Shown: positions 52,521 through 64,000 of the stretch, piece after piece
Layout of the letters: the number at the start of each line of letters is the position of its first letter
How positions within the stretch are numbered: position 1 is the stretch's first letter
From: Stegostoma tigrinum
Taxonomy: Eukaryota
DNA: 64,000 bases
NCBI RefSeq assembly: GCF_030684315.1
Contig: NC_081366.1
Location: forward strand, 20,899,410-20,963,409
Reading direction: 5' to 3'
Position numbers and translations under genes: made by a program
The notes under the pieces: generated by a model
Databases searched by the model: none
What the model was told of the DNA's origin: nothing
The model's input: the letters and a program-made list of their open reading frames with translations, nothing else

Positions 52521-52870
52521 GGGCCAGCCTGGTGGCTCAGCAGCACCAGGGACCGGGTTCAATCCCAGCCTTGGGTGACTGTTTGTGTGGAGTTTGCACA
52601 TTCTCCCAGCCCTTGGATTACCTCAGTTTTCATTCTCACAGTCCAAAGATGTGCAGATTAGGTGGATTGGCCATGCTAAATTGCCTGTCATGCCCAGGAA
52701 TGTGTAAGTTAGGTGGATTAGTCATAGCAAATGCCAGGTTACAGGGATAGGAGAGGGCTGGGAGTTATTCTAGGTGGGATGCTCTTGGGAGAGTCAGTGT
52801 GGACCTATTAAAACAAATGGCCTGTTTCCACATTGTAGGGAATCAATGATTAAGAGATTCATGATTCTCT
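52521..52870 (+). mobile_element. HE1/V-SINE-type SINE
   Basis: ggtggctcag...gggttcaatccc head and V-domain, with a partial internal rearrangement. Confidence 0.88.
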
Positions 52871-53764
52871 AATGACAAATGTTTAAAGGCAGTGCTAAAT
52901 AAATGCATAAAATCACAGAACACTGAGATAGTACAATAGCAGAAAAAGTCATCTTTTCATATTTTTGATAGGTGGACAAAAGTGAAGAGCTGCTGCAATT
53001 CTCAAAGAGTTGCGTGCAAAACAGTCAAGTTCTTCTGCTCAACGTTGATTGCATTTGTTCATAACTAGCACAGTGAAGCACTGCAGAATATATTTAGCAA
53101 CTGGCTCACAGGTAATTAGTGGCAGTACTAAGCCACATATCCAGTTTTCTCAAAAATAACTAAGGGGTGCTGGCATATTTTACACTTAAGAACATTTAAT
53201 ACATGGGCTCCCATCCAGTGTCTTTACTTTTTATAACAACAAATATCATAATCGTGTTATTTTCAAATCTCTTTGGGTACTACATCAATCCGTGGATCCA
53301 CTTTAACCTAATTCAATTAACTAGCAGACTTTGTACGGTGCGAAGAGCCTGATAATCATATTATAGAATTAATATAGTATGATGTATTGTCACACTGAGC
53401 AACTGTGACAACTGGAGGTATGTGCACTTACATCTTCCCATTACAGTAATTTGAAAGTCCTGTGCTTTTTTTCTCCCTTTCAATTTTACAGGTTTCTTTA
53501 GCAGTGCGGCATTCTGAGCAGTAAAGAAATGGGGTCGGGGGGAGGAAGGTGATTGTACTGCACCATTACAATGAATGTCGACACTGCACTGTACCACAGT
53601 GTGAGACAAACGATAAAACACTCATCATTTATTTTAAACAGCAGTTTAAAACTATTTTTAACTACCTTGTTGTTAATCCACACTGGGATTGGTGCAAAAG
53701 AGCAACTTCACACTGATCATTGTTTTATGTTTGCTTCTGCATCACTATGAATGTAGCCAGGAAA

Positions 53765-54005
53765 TCAGTGTGTTTCATGCATCAAAAGGGATCCAGGTTC
53801 AATCCTTGGTCTACGCTAAATTAACTAATCTCGCCACGGTGCTGGTATAGTCACTGCAGTCGCCTCTAGTGTCCTTAGGTTATTTAGTGACCCCTGCTAA
53901 ATGCATATCTGTGTGTGAGGAATTTCAATGAGGACAGGGTTAGCTTTGCTGGGTTAACTCTAAGGGTTAAATAGACTGCCAAAATACATTGTTAAGGCTT
54001 CACAA
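53765..54005 (+). mobile_element. Ancient tRNA-derived SINE remnant
   Basis: B-box-like caggttcaatcc followed by agtgacccctgct...gaggacaggg. Confidence 0.4.
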
Positions 54006-57000
54006 AACGGGGAGGGATAGTGAAGGGCAACTAACCTCTACAGAATTGTACCGCAGAAAGGAACAATTTTCTTCGAATTTGCTCCCTCTCTCAGAAGTGG
54101 GAAGTCTTGCTCTGATCCCAGTCCAATTTGTTCTAGGCACCTCATTAAGTTGCCAGAAAATCATCACCATCAAAAAAGGAGACACTATTTCCGAAGAGGA
54201 AAATGCATCAGATGTATATGGGGAACAATGTTTAAAGAGAAATGTTGAATGTTAACAAATAACTTCATTATATTTTAGTGAAAAACTCAGATTAGAGGGA
54301 ACTCTTCAGTAAGAAAGTATTTGGACCATTATGGAGGAACAGTAGGTTACTAAACAAATAAAGCAATGGAGTTTCACTAATACCCTCTGGATTTCTCCCA
54401 TTGCTGCCCTGACAGCAGCCCCTGGGAGCGATAATATCAGGGTAGCAAGAAGAAAAATAAATCAAATGTCTTCTGCCATTGGCTTTAATGATCAATCTTG
54501 GCAGGGTTAGGGAAGTGGACCCAAAGTTAGGCTGGGATTTAGCAATAGACTGCATTGTCCTAAATGGTCATAATATGTGTTGCCAACAACAGGCTGTTTG
54601 ACTTCTCCATTGTGAAATTTCATTGCCTCCAACCAAATAGAATAGGTGTTTTATAATTTTGCCATTAATAAATATTTTAAACATCACAAGAAAATGGAAA
54701 GCCTTTGAGAGGGGGTGTTTTCTGAAGTTTCTTATGACAAAGGCACCATAAATAATGTGACTTATGACAGAGGTTACCATGCTATTGTATACTGAGTGGC
54801 TACTATAAGTAGACAATTATAATCTGTTGCTAATGTTTTCAGCCATGATACTGTGAGAATCTGTTTTCTTGCTAATATCAGAGAGGCCATCAAGTATAAT
54901 ACCTAGTCAATAAAGTGGAATTAGAAGCAAGACATATTGACCAGTTTTAAATGGTGCTGTCACTTGAGTGCTGACATACACTGTCTAGCATTATTACTTC
55001 TCTGAATGCAGAACCAGATCCAAAACATGCCATTTTTTGGCACTTGATAAAGGGCACATCAACAGACTGTCACCATCTATTTACCACTCATTGTAGTGGG
55101 CTGGCACATCAGTCAGAGAGTGACTGTGAACCTTCTGTATAACTGACAGGATCAGATAGTTTGTATATCGAAAAATGAGTACCGATGAAAGATTGTGAGG
55201 TTAGAATCCAATAAACCATTTTGCTGGTCAAATGCAAGATGTGAAGTAAGCTTTCGACACCTCTCAACTTATAACATTTGCAAAACATTCAAAGTGACTG
55301 CTGCAGTGCACTATAAATTCACTTTGTGAGCCCTCTGTTAAGGAGAGAGAGACACACACAATGCAAGCTGTGTCCAGCGTCATTTTGTTTAGTAACAGAA
55401 ATGGCACTAAAGGTCATGCAGTGTCATGTTTGTTGGGTGCTCATGAGGCATCTTTGACAGCTACCTGAAACAAACCAGACCATCATTACAATGTGTTCAT
55501 AATTATAATGTGCATAGGGCACTTTTAAAAACATTAGGACCCAGAAGTATTTAAGATATGATTTTGCAAATTAAAATGTGCTTGGTTAGGACTGGCATTC
55601 ATTAGGAACATTACCACCATTGAGGTAGCTTTCTTGGCAGTCATTGTCAGGTACTTCTGGGCTAGTATTTTTGGCATTTTTGGTGGGTTTTTACAATGGA
55701 ATACTTTGAGAGCAAGGTTAATGCTTTTAAAAAGTTTTTGAGGATTGTAACCATTCTTCAAGAGTGATGTCATCAATTAAGGCAGCAGACCTTGGATGTG
55801 ATCTTTCACTCTGGTCAGGTGTTTCTGAGCTGGAATCTTGCCCAGCGCTGTTTCTCTAGACTATTACTGGATGTCTCTTATGTGGAATCTCCCAGCCTGG
55901 ATCAAAGTGTTACTTTGTTTTCTGAAGTGCTGCCTGTTCTTGAATCAACTCCATGGTTATTGGAGCTTCTGAAACTGAAATGGAAGAAATTGCCAACATG
56001 ATATTCTTCCCCTTAAAGAGATCAGACCACCTTTAAGTATACTAAGCAACACACTATACTGATGCTCGAAAAGTAAAAAAAAACTGCCAATGCTCTATCA
56101 CCTCTTCTGTGGCACCATCTGTTTTAGCCCCTCACAGACATAAATTTTAAAAAGTAGTCAGATTAACTGGGATTGATAATCTCAATCTTTCTGGGCACTT
56201 GGAACTTGCATAGTTACTTGCAAATATTGAAAAGGAGAGGCATTTTCAAAGTCTTGTTTTTCTTTTCTGAATTTGCCCAGAGATTTTGCATTTATTTTTG
56301 TTTATCCCAGATGTTTTCTTGACTGAGAGGTAAGGGATGGGTTGATCAAATGTGCAGTTTTCTCCCTTTTGAGCTGGAACCAGTTCAAGGGGATAATTGA
56401 ACTGTTCCTGTGTTATCTTGTTTAATTGAGGAGAGTGATGGCTTTGGTTGCAAAATTTCTGAATTTTACAGTGATGGATTATGTACATCAGCCAGAGTTA
56501 AAGTGAGCAAAGTGTTCTGTTAAGAGAATATTACTGTGATGGTGGAGGTGACATAACTAAGTGATACAGAATACCAGCAGTATTTTTTTTAATTTTAGCT
56601 ATAAATAACAGTACTACTAGTGCAGCCCAGAATCTGAAAGAATTCAAAGAATACTTTGTTGGTGACAAGCAAGTGGCAAGGTTGTGCAATTAGTATATAA
56701 GTAAAAGAAAAGTATGTTATGTTATTTGCAAAGTGCAATTTTTTTATACTGTGCAATCATTTGTGCTTTCAGCCCTTTAGTGTTCAATATATCTAGATGT
56801 TATAACATTGATATTCATGTTTCCTGAATAGAGAATCCAGATAATGAGTTGCAGTATAGATTTAGAGCAGCATTTACTTGTGAAATACGTTATTGTTAGG
56901 TGCAGCAGTTGCAGTAATTATAGTGGCTCAATAGCACACAACTTGAATATCTGGAACTTTCTACCACATTGTGTTGTTACCTGAAAGACTGTCAAATCTC

Positions 57001-57655
57001 AGGGGTTTACTTCAGACTTCCACGGTTACTGTCTCAAGCGCAGGGGTCACAATCCAGCTCTCTTTCTGTTGGTAATGAGTTTTTTTTTACTAAGCCTGCC
57101 TATGCTCTCATCATATGGTCAACCAACTGAGTGCAGTTTGTGTCAGAGGATGAAGATGGCTTTCTCCTGGATGAGTTTGGTTCAGGTGCGACTGGATGTC
57201 GAAAGTATTAAAATATGAAGGTAAAAATTAAGCATGATGGTAGCTTGATTGTTTAATGTCATGAAAATGCCTGTATCCTTGTCCTGATGACCAGGCTGGT
57301 TAATAAAATGAACGTGTGGATTCATGTCATTGCATGCCACGTGTAAAGATAGTGTACATTTCTTTCATTAAAATTATTTGTTACTTTCAAGTGAGTTTGT
57401 AAAATTTACTGATTGATGGAGATGCAAAGTAGATGCCAATGATTAAAAAAGGTTCCAGTTTCTGATTTTATGGGAAATATTATGGAACCCACAAGTGTGG
57501 GAAACATGTGTAGGGGTGACACAATTAGGAGGGATACAAAATTCCTAAGCTTAAGAGTAAATTGAGATGCAGCACTAAAGGTGGTTGCATGTTTGCTGTG
57601 TTTCAAAATAATGCACTGACCAGCGGGGGCTTCATATTTTATATTTTATAAGCAT

Positions 57656-58010
57656 GGGTGTGGTGGTGATAGGCTAGCGGTATTATCACTGGATTGTTAA
57701 TTCAGGGACCCAGGTAATGTTCCAGAAACTCAGGTTCAAATCCTGCTATGGAAAATGGTCGAATCTGAATTCAGTACAAAACAAATCTGGAATTAAGATT
57801 CTGGTGATGACCATGAACCCATTGTCGATTATCGGGAAAAACCCATCTGGTTCACAAATGCTCTTTCGTAGAGGAAACTGCCATTCTTACCTGCTGTAGC
57901 TCCAGACCCACAGCATATTGGTTGACTTTTAACTGCAATCTGGGCCATTGGGATGGGCAATAAATGCTGGCCCTACCAGCAATGTCCTCATCCAATGAAT
58001 GAAAAAAAAA
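57656..58010 (+). mobile_element. tRNA-derived SINE (family 2) with LINE-derived 3' tail and A-rich end
   Basis: A-box-like ggctagcggta, B-box ggttcaaatcc, a tail ggatgggcaataaatgctggccc shared with the LINE at 15150 and 33430, and an A9 end. Confidence 0.85.
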
Positions 58011-59129
58011 GTACATTGACAAGTGAATACCTTTTGTCTCTTTTACAATAAAGGAAATGCTGTACCATCAGTGTGTGCCAACTATAAGGAGTGCCAGGAT
58101 ATTTAGCTCGCCGACTAAGCTAATCTCAACAAATAATGATGATGCAGTCATGAATAAAGTGAAACTAATATAATACTAATTTATTTTTAAGTGGGATTTA
58201 ATTCTGAAAAATGCCTGTGCTACACTTATGCTCCTAAATCCTATGTTTACTGAAATGTAGTTAAGAAAAAAAGTACTGGGCCATGATGCAGAGCCTCCCA
58301 ATTCGATTAGGAAGCTCTTCAGTAGGTTACATGTCAATGCAGCATTGTCAGCCGATGACAGGTTCACTGAAAAGCTTTCCCAGTCAGCAAATTGAATATG
58401 TTTTCCATGCACACAATTAGCACATAAAATTTTAATTATAATTTAAAGTCAAAGACGTGAAAAATCAGAATTGCGCAATTCTGGTTTAAACATTGGAAGT
58501 GGCATGCTGTTGATAAATTATCAGTTCTGTGGACATATTGCTCCAACAGTATCTGATAAATAGAAAGTCATGATTAATGTCATTCTGCACAATGTAATTT
58601 CACATTAATGTCAATATCTAATCAATATCCTGCAATGCCATTGAATTGCTGCTGTTTTGCATTGTTAAGGTCATAAGACCATAAGAAACCAAAAGAGGAG
58701 TAGGCCATTCAGCCCCTTGAGTCTGCATTGCCATTCAGTAGGATCATGGCCAATACTGAGCCTGTGAGGACCCGATCATGGGTGAACTGGAGAGCAGGAC
58801 GTCTCAGAAGGTCGTAGGCCCCAGGCAGATTGAATTCAGCCTGGACCATATTTGTGCTGGATCCAGATTACACTGCCCTATTGTGCTCTGCAGTGGTTTC
58901 TTTAAAGACCACTGGTCAAACACTCAGTAACTCTCATGGTTTAGATAGGTTAAATATGCAACATGTTATTTTGTGAATCATTCAAAACTCAATAATTTCT
59001 CATCACCATCATGGTTGTCTTGATTTGTTGTGACATTTTTCGTTAATTTTGCCCAAAAATTCATTGATAGTGGGTCAAAAAAGCCAATGGTTATTAACTG
59101 CTTTCCACTGATGAAAGACCATGGAACAA

Positions 59130-60260
59130 GTTGAACTTCGAGTAAAATTATATCTAATGGAAAAAACTTTGAAAGATGGCAATATGCAGTAAATATTGCT
59201 AGAGCTCTTCTCTTGTCAGAAACAATGGTGAGAACAACTGTGTAAAGCACTAATGAAATAAAACGATTTGGAAAACTTACCACTTTGGCTACTGTTGTAG
59301 AAATAATGTAAAAAGTATAAATACTGAGTGCAGCTATAACAAACATGGGAAGACATCTAATGATTTGGATTGAGCAAGAAATTCAATAATGGGTATCTTA
59401 GATTAATGCTTCTTCATAAAATGAAGATTTTTTTATAATTTGTATAATGATCTGGACTGTCTTTTTTCAAATTGGAACACATGACCATTTAATATTTGTG
59501 TAAATGGTTTACAAGGAATAAAACAGGAAGACATTAGTGCTGATAATAAAGCAACTGAATTGTTCATTAAAATATGAAGTGAAAGCACTGAAGAGGGTGC
59601 ATAGACTCTTCAACAGGTGTTAATGTGGATGAGACTGGTTTATCCTGGAAAGGAATGCTTTCCAAGGAACACATTTGAAGAGAAGGAAAGCAGATCCCAC
59701 ATTTTAAAGCAGCAAACAATTGCTTTTGGTAAAGACAGCAGAATGAATTCACTGCCTCGTTACAGTTGTCATACACACAGGGCACTGGAGGTTATTCAAA
59801 GAACAAGCAACGTATTGTGAACAGGTTAATTAAGAAGGCATGGGTGAAGCAAGCAATTTTTAAGGACTGGTGTATATCCTCCTTTGTCTAGCTGTCAAGG
59901 ACAATTGTTCAGCACATAATCTTACAAAAAAACCCATTGCTCATATTGAATAATGATCCTGGCCATCCTTTAGCTCTTGATAGCCTTAGTGACAGTGTTA
60001 AGGTAAGCTTCCTACAATCAGACATCATTTTCATCTAGCCTTTAGGAAACAAAAAATGATGAAAACCTTCAAGGTCTATCACCACAGAAGAACTTGTGGA
60101 CAGGCCACCAGTGAAACTGAGGGTAAACTTGCTCACACTCTCAGTGAATTTTTGAAAAAGAATATCATTGTTAAGGTCATTAACAACAATTCTATGGTAT
60201 GGAATGAGATTCAGTTACCATTAATATGAATGGTGTATGGAGGAAGTTGTAATCAGATTG
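59130..60260 (+). mobile_element. Tigger/pogo (Tc1-mariner superfamily) transposase fossil
   Basis: Ordered motif remnants NMGRHLMIWI, NVDETGLSWKGM (59622), PHFKAA, KKAWVKQAIFKDW, LLILNNDPGHP, KTFKVYH and NMNGVWRKL, with many stops and frameshifts. These correspond to Tigger motifs NVDETGLFWK, KAW and DNAPGHP. Confidence 0.85.
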
Positions 60261-62594
60261 TGTTGGAGCCAAAGGCTGTGTTGACTCTATTGAAAAAAAG
60301 TCATAAAGAACGCCAAAAGTAATGATCCGGGTCATTTTAATAACCAGAAGATAAATACCCACTATAGGCTTACACCCAGTCAGTGTTCCCTTGATGTAAT
60401 GTAGTGTAGGACGGAAGATGGTAGACATCTGTATTGGTTAACTGGAAAAACAGGCAGAAACTATTGAAGTGAAGGAAAATTTACAAAGTGCAAGCTGGGT
60501 GGTCAGTTCGCCATTGTCTATTGCCCAAGAAACCAAGTTGATTTAATGTCCCAAATTATTGTAGATTGGCTTTATTAGTATTATAAATGAAAGTAGAGGT
60601 ACAAATGAAGATAACTCAATTGCTGGGTGCCATTGAATGAGTTGAATTTCTATCAGAGGCGTATGAGAATTTTTCAATGGATTGAGCTTAAATAATTCAA
60701 GCTAAATCCTGACAAATCTGTAATCAGTTAGCCAAAAATTTCTATCCATGGATTAACTTGTTCTTGTCTCAGAATGAAGATTTTTAATAAATTAAAGATA
60801 CATGTAGCCAACTTGCAAATCTCTACATCACAGCCCATTATTCACTCTGTAATTAGATCAAGTTTTGGGATTCTGTGTCTCTAATTAAGATTTCCTGTAG
60901 GTTAATTCTTTCAGTGTTCTGAGTGATGTACATAAATTACTGAGGAAATATTGTGCACCGGAATGAGGAATTTGGTGCAATGGGAGTGAATAAAAAACTG
61001 AACTTGGCTCATGAGAATTTTATACCTCTTTATCTCCATCCTGCAATTTAGACACCTTCTGTTGTCCTTCATCTCCAATGTTCCCAAAACTCTTTTATTA
61101 ATATAGATCACCTCTCGAGATTTTCTCTTAATTTTCCTTTCCTCTTCTTATTCTTCTGCTCTCTAACTAATTAAACTTTGTCCAATGCACAACACCTGTT
61201 TTCTGTCTTCCATTTCATGCTGTCTGTCTATCACCCTTGACCTTACTTGTTCATTAAATTTAACTTACTGTTCCTTATATTTAAATCTCTCCATAGCCAC
61301 ACTCCACCTTCCCTTTGCAACATGCTTCAGCCCTGGAATTCCTCTGATACCCTTCAGACCCGTGATAATCTTTGATTGAATTCTCTTTCTTTGGATACAG
61401 CACTGATTACAGCACTTTCAGTCACTTACCTCCTCATTGTCTCTATAGTTCTCGTTCTGCATTTTTAATGAAGTCATAAAATCAACCTTAATGGCCAAAG
61501 TTTTTGCCATCTCTCCAAACTATTGTACTGTTTTATTCTCCAGACAGCATCTTAGTTTATCTTCAACGAGTCAACCTAGGACATTAACATTACTGGAAAC
61601 ATTTTCATCACAATTGGATAAAAAATTATTTATTTAATTTTAACATTGCAAGGTTTTACTTAGCAACAGTCTAAGCCACTATACAATACTGTCATGAATT
61701 CCCATAATGGGTTGGTACATATAATCACCATTCCTTAATATTATGTAGGATTGTAGATTAAATTTACCCCGCTCTTGATGTCATTGACCAATTCTTGAAG
61801 CCCAGTTGAATACCAGACAAGCCCACCTGGTGTTGCATTGTGCCTAAATAGATCAGACAGGGAGGGAATGGCTGCAGCATGAAGCAGGTTAGACAACAGC
61901 ACATTCTCATTGAAAAATCTAAATATCAATTTGGTTTAAATGGAAGTGACACTAAACTGTTGTCAATTGCAGCAAGGAATGGATGCACAAACTGGCAAAT
62001 AGTTAGCATGTCAACTCTCATTCTGATGAGACTACACTCAGCATCATAGAGTGATGAGAGAAAAAATAGGGAAAGCTGTATGCCATCTCTAGGGAGTTGA
62101 GAATCATACTACAATTTCCCATTGACTGCAGGATGATAAAAAAAACAATATCAAGGTTTGGAGTCCGTTGAAGCACGTAAGGAAACAGAGGGCCTAGATT
62201 TGAGGATGAGGACAAAACCTTAACAAAAGCCAGGAATATTTTATAAAATATTCTGAAATTAATCTGCACTTATTTGGGTGTATCTCTGTTAGGATCATCT
62301 GCACCATTTCTGAACAGAATGAATAAATATTTGAGATTTTATCAAGGAAACAATTATAGCTTTTAAATAAAAAGAAATTAAGTGATGAAATTGGTGAGGC
62401 AAATTTTCTAATCTATGATTTACAGATGAAAACAGAGACATAACTGAAAAAGAGCTTACAAAGAACTTTTTAAAAAATTGGGTTATTTTATTGTTTTGCA
62501 CTCATTATTTGTGCAATGGCCCGGATTATTAGATTGCACTCACAACTTACACCATTTCCAGATCAATGTTTCGGCCAAACACCCAGTTCTCACA

Positions 62595-62785
62595 TAGTAG
62601 AAGCAGAAAGTGCTGCTAAAACTCAGCAGATCTGGCAACATTGTGGAGGGAGAAGTAAAGAAACTCTTATGGCACTTGAAACATTAACTATTTCTCTGTT
62701 CACAGATGCTGCCAGTTGTACTGAATTTCTCCAGCACTTTCTGTTTTCATTTCAGATTTCCAGCATCCACATTATTTGCTTTCAT
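62595..62785 (+). mobile_element. Family B fold-back element (degenerate)
   Basis: Inverted arms cagaaagtgctg / cagcactttctg, a ribozyme remnant gaaacattaact and a terminal tccagcatc. Confidence 0.7.
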
Positions 62786-63009
62786 TAACGTACTCTAGGT
62801 GCTGTTAATGTGGAGAAATTCATTCAACAAACCAGAAAATTTGCTGTATGAGAAAGGATCCTCTGCATTGAAGGACGTACTGGTGCTGTAGGCTGTAAGA
62901 GTATATTTTGCCTTTGGCTTGTAGGTGCCGTCTATGATTACGCCTTAGGCACAATCTTTAGGCACTGAATAGCAAAAGAACTGCACGTTCTATTTCATAA
63001 TAGCAAAAC

Positions 63010-63225
63010 AATGTGAACTGGAAACTAAATGTGCTGAATGTATTTCAGTGGTTCACTCAGAATCTGTGGAGTGATCACATGAGTTGATACTTCAGATATG
63101 GCGTCTTTGTCAGAACTGAAGTTCATCCATTTCTAATGAAGGACGAATACCCAACACATTAACTTATCTACTTTTTTCACTTTGGTCACTGACCCACAAT
63201 GTGTTTCTGGTATTTCATATTTTTT
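63010..63225. mobile_element. Very old family B-like fold-back element
   Basis: Decayed ribozyme-like ctaatgaagg...cccaacacattaact and an inverted partner ending tttgtcagaact. Confidence 0.4.
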
Positions 63226-64000
63226 TTAATGCTACCAAGGTGATTACTTCAAATGGGAAAATATCTTGACTTGGCAGACCCAACTGAATACAACAGCCTC
63301 CTCAATGAGACCAGCTGGGAATTCTATCAACAGAGAAAATTGACTAGATGCCAGTTTCTCCCAATTTCCATGATGAATGCTTGCCTCACCTCCAAGACAA
63401 AAAAACATACATGGACATTTTTCTTTGTTTGATTAACGTCTTCATGAGATAATAAACTATTTTTCTTTGTGCTGTTTTGTCAGTGTGTGCTTATTTGCTC
63501 AAGATTATGATGTATAAATTGAAGAAAAGATTTTTTTTGTTGATGCAATGAATGCTTTTCAAAGGTTGGAAGATATTAGGTCTTTTTCAAGGTGGATTTC
63601 TGAAAGAAAGTTTTTATTTAACATTTCAAGGCTTCCTATCGTTATGGTAAAGCTCATTGGTTCTATATATCGTGCCTTCTGGGTGAATGGGCATAAGGAG
63701 TAGTGATAAGCTCTTTTAACCTCACCTTTCGGAAGGTCCCCAAATCCAGACAGTGATTCACAACTGTTCTGAAGGGGCATGAATTGCAGCTCATCCAGAA
63801 GCAGCAATGACATTATGGAAATCGTGTGAAGTGTTTATCCATATCCCATGGCAGGACTGAGGGCAAGAATCCCAGAGTTGAAACTAACTATCATTTTTAA
63901 ATTAAAATCTACAGCTGAAATACAATTCAGTTGTTTATCAAATGAGTTCAAAAAAAAGAATTGCCTAGAATTAAGGCCCTGTTAGAACCTAGACATTGTA

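Larger units (their letters stand above)
9736..64000 (+). other. TENM2: 5' part of a very large TENM2 intron (>54 kb)
   Basis: GT donor at 9736, and no further teneurin-like peptide was recognised in the window. Teneurin genes are known for very large 5' introns. Confidence 0.75.

Noticed and set aside
111-63813. The many 60-174 aa ORFs in the six-frame track
   Set aside because: They are short, often start at non-ATG codons and have no coherent protein signature. Apart from the TENM2 exon and TE remnants, they are chance ORFs in intronic DNA.
1-64000. CRISPR array or prokaryotic defence/operon system
   Set aside because: Repeats are dispersed rather than regularly spaced, and the sequence is clearly spliced vertebrate DNA.

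Overview
Eukaryotic, AT-rich, CpG-depleted genomic DNA from a cartilaginous fish. The repeat landscape of HE1/V-SINEs, CR1 LINEs, Deu-type SINEs and Penelope-derived repeats points to a shark, probably a carpet shark such as Stegostoma (inference). The only host coding sequence I can support is one 270-nt phase 1-1 internal exon on the + strand (9466-9735). It encodes part of the teneurin-2 (TENM2) N-terminal intracellular domain, so the rest of the window is TENM2 intron. The introns are full of decayed mobile DNA: CR1/L2 fragments, several SINE families, a Penelope GIY-YIG fossil, a Tigger/pogo transposase fossil, a probable solo LTR and possible Harbinger remnants. The main discovery candidate is a dispersed set of short non-autonomous Penelope-derived elements. 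They carry minimal hammerhead ribozyme motifs (CUGANGA-N-stem II-GAAA-CG-UC/UU), fold-back inverted arms and 6-15 bp target-site duplications. One 336-nt copy (11759-12094) is an apparently exact circular permutation, as expected for a retrozyme-like element that spreads via circular RNA. All family names come from recognition by eye; no database search was run.
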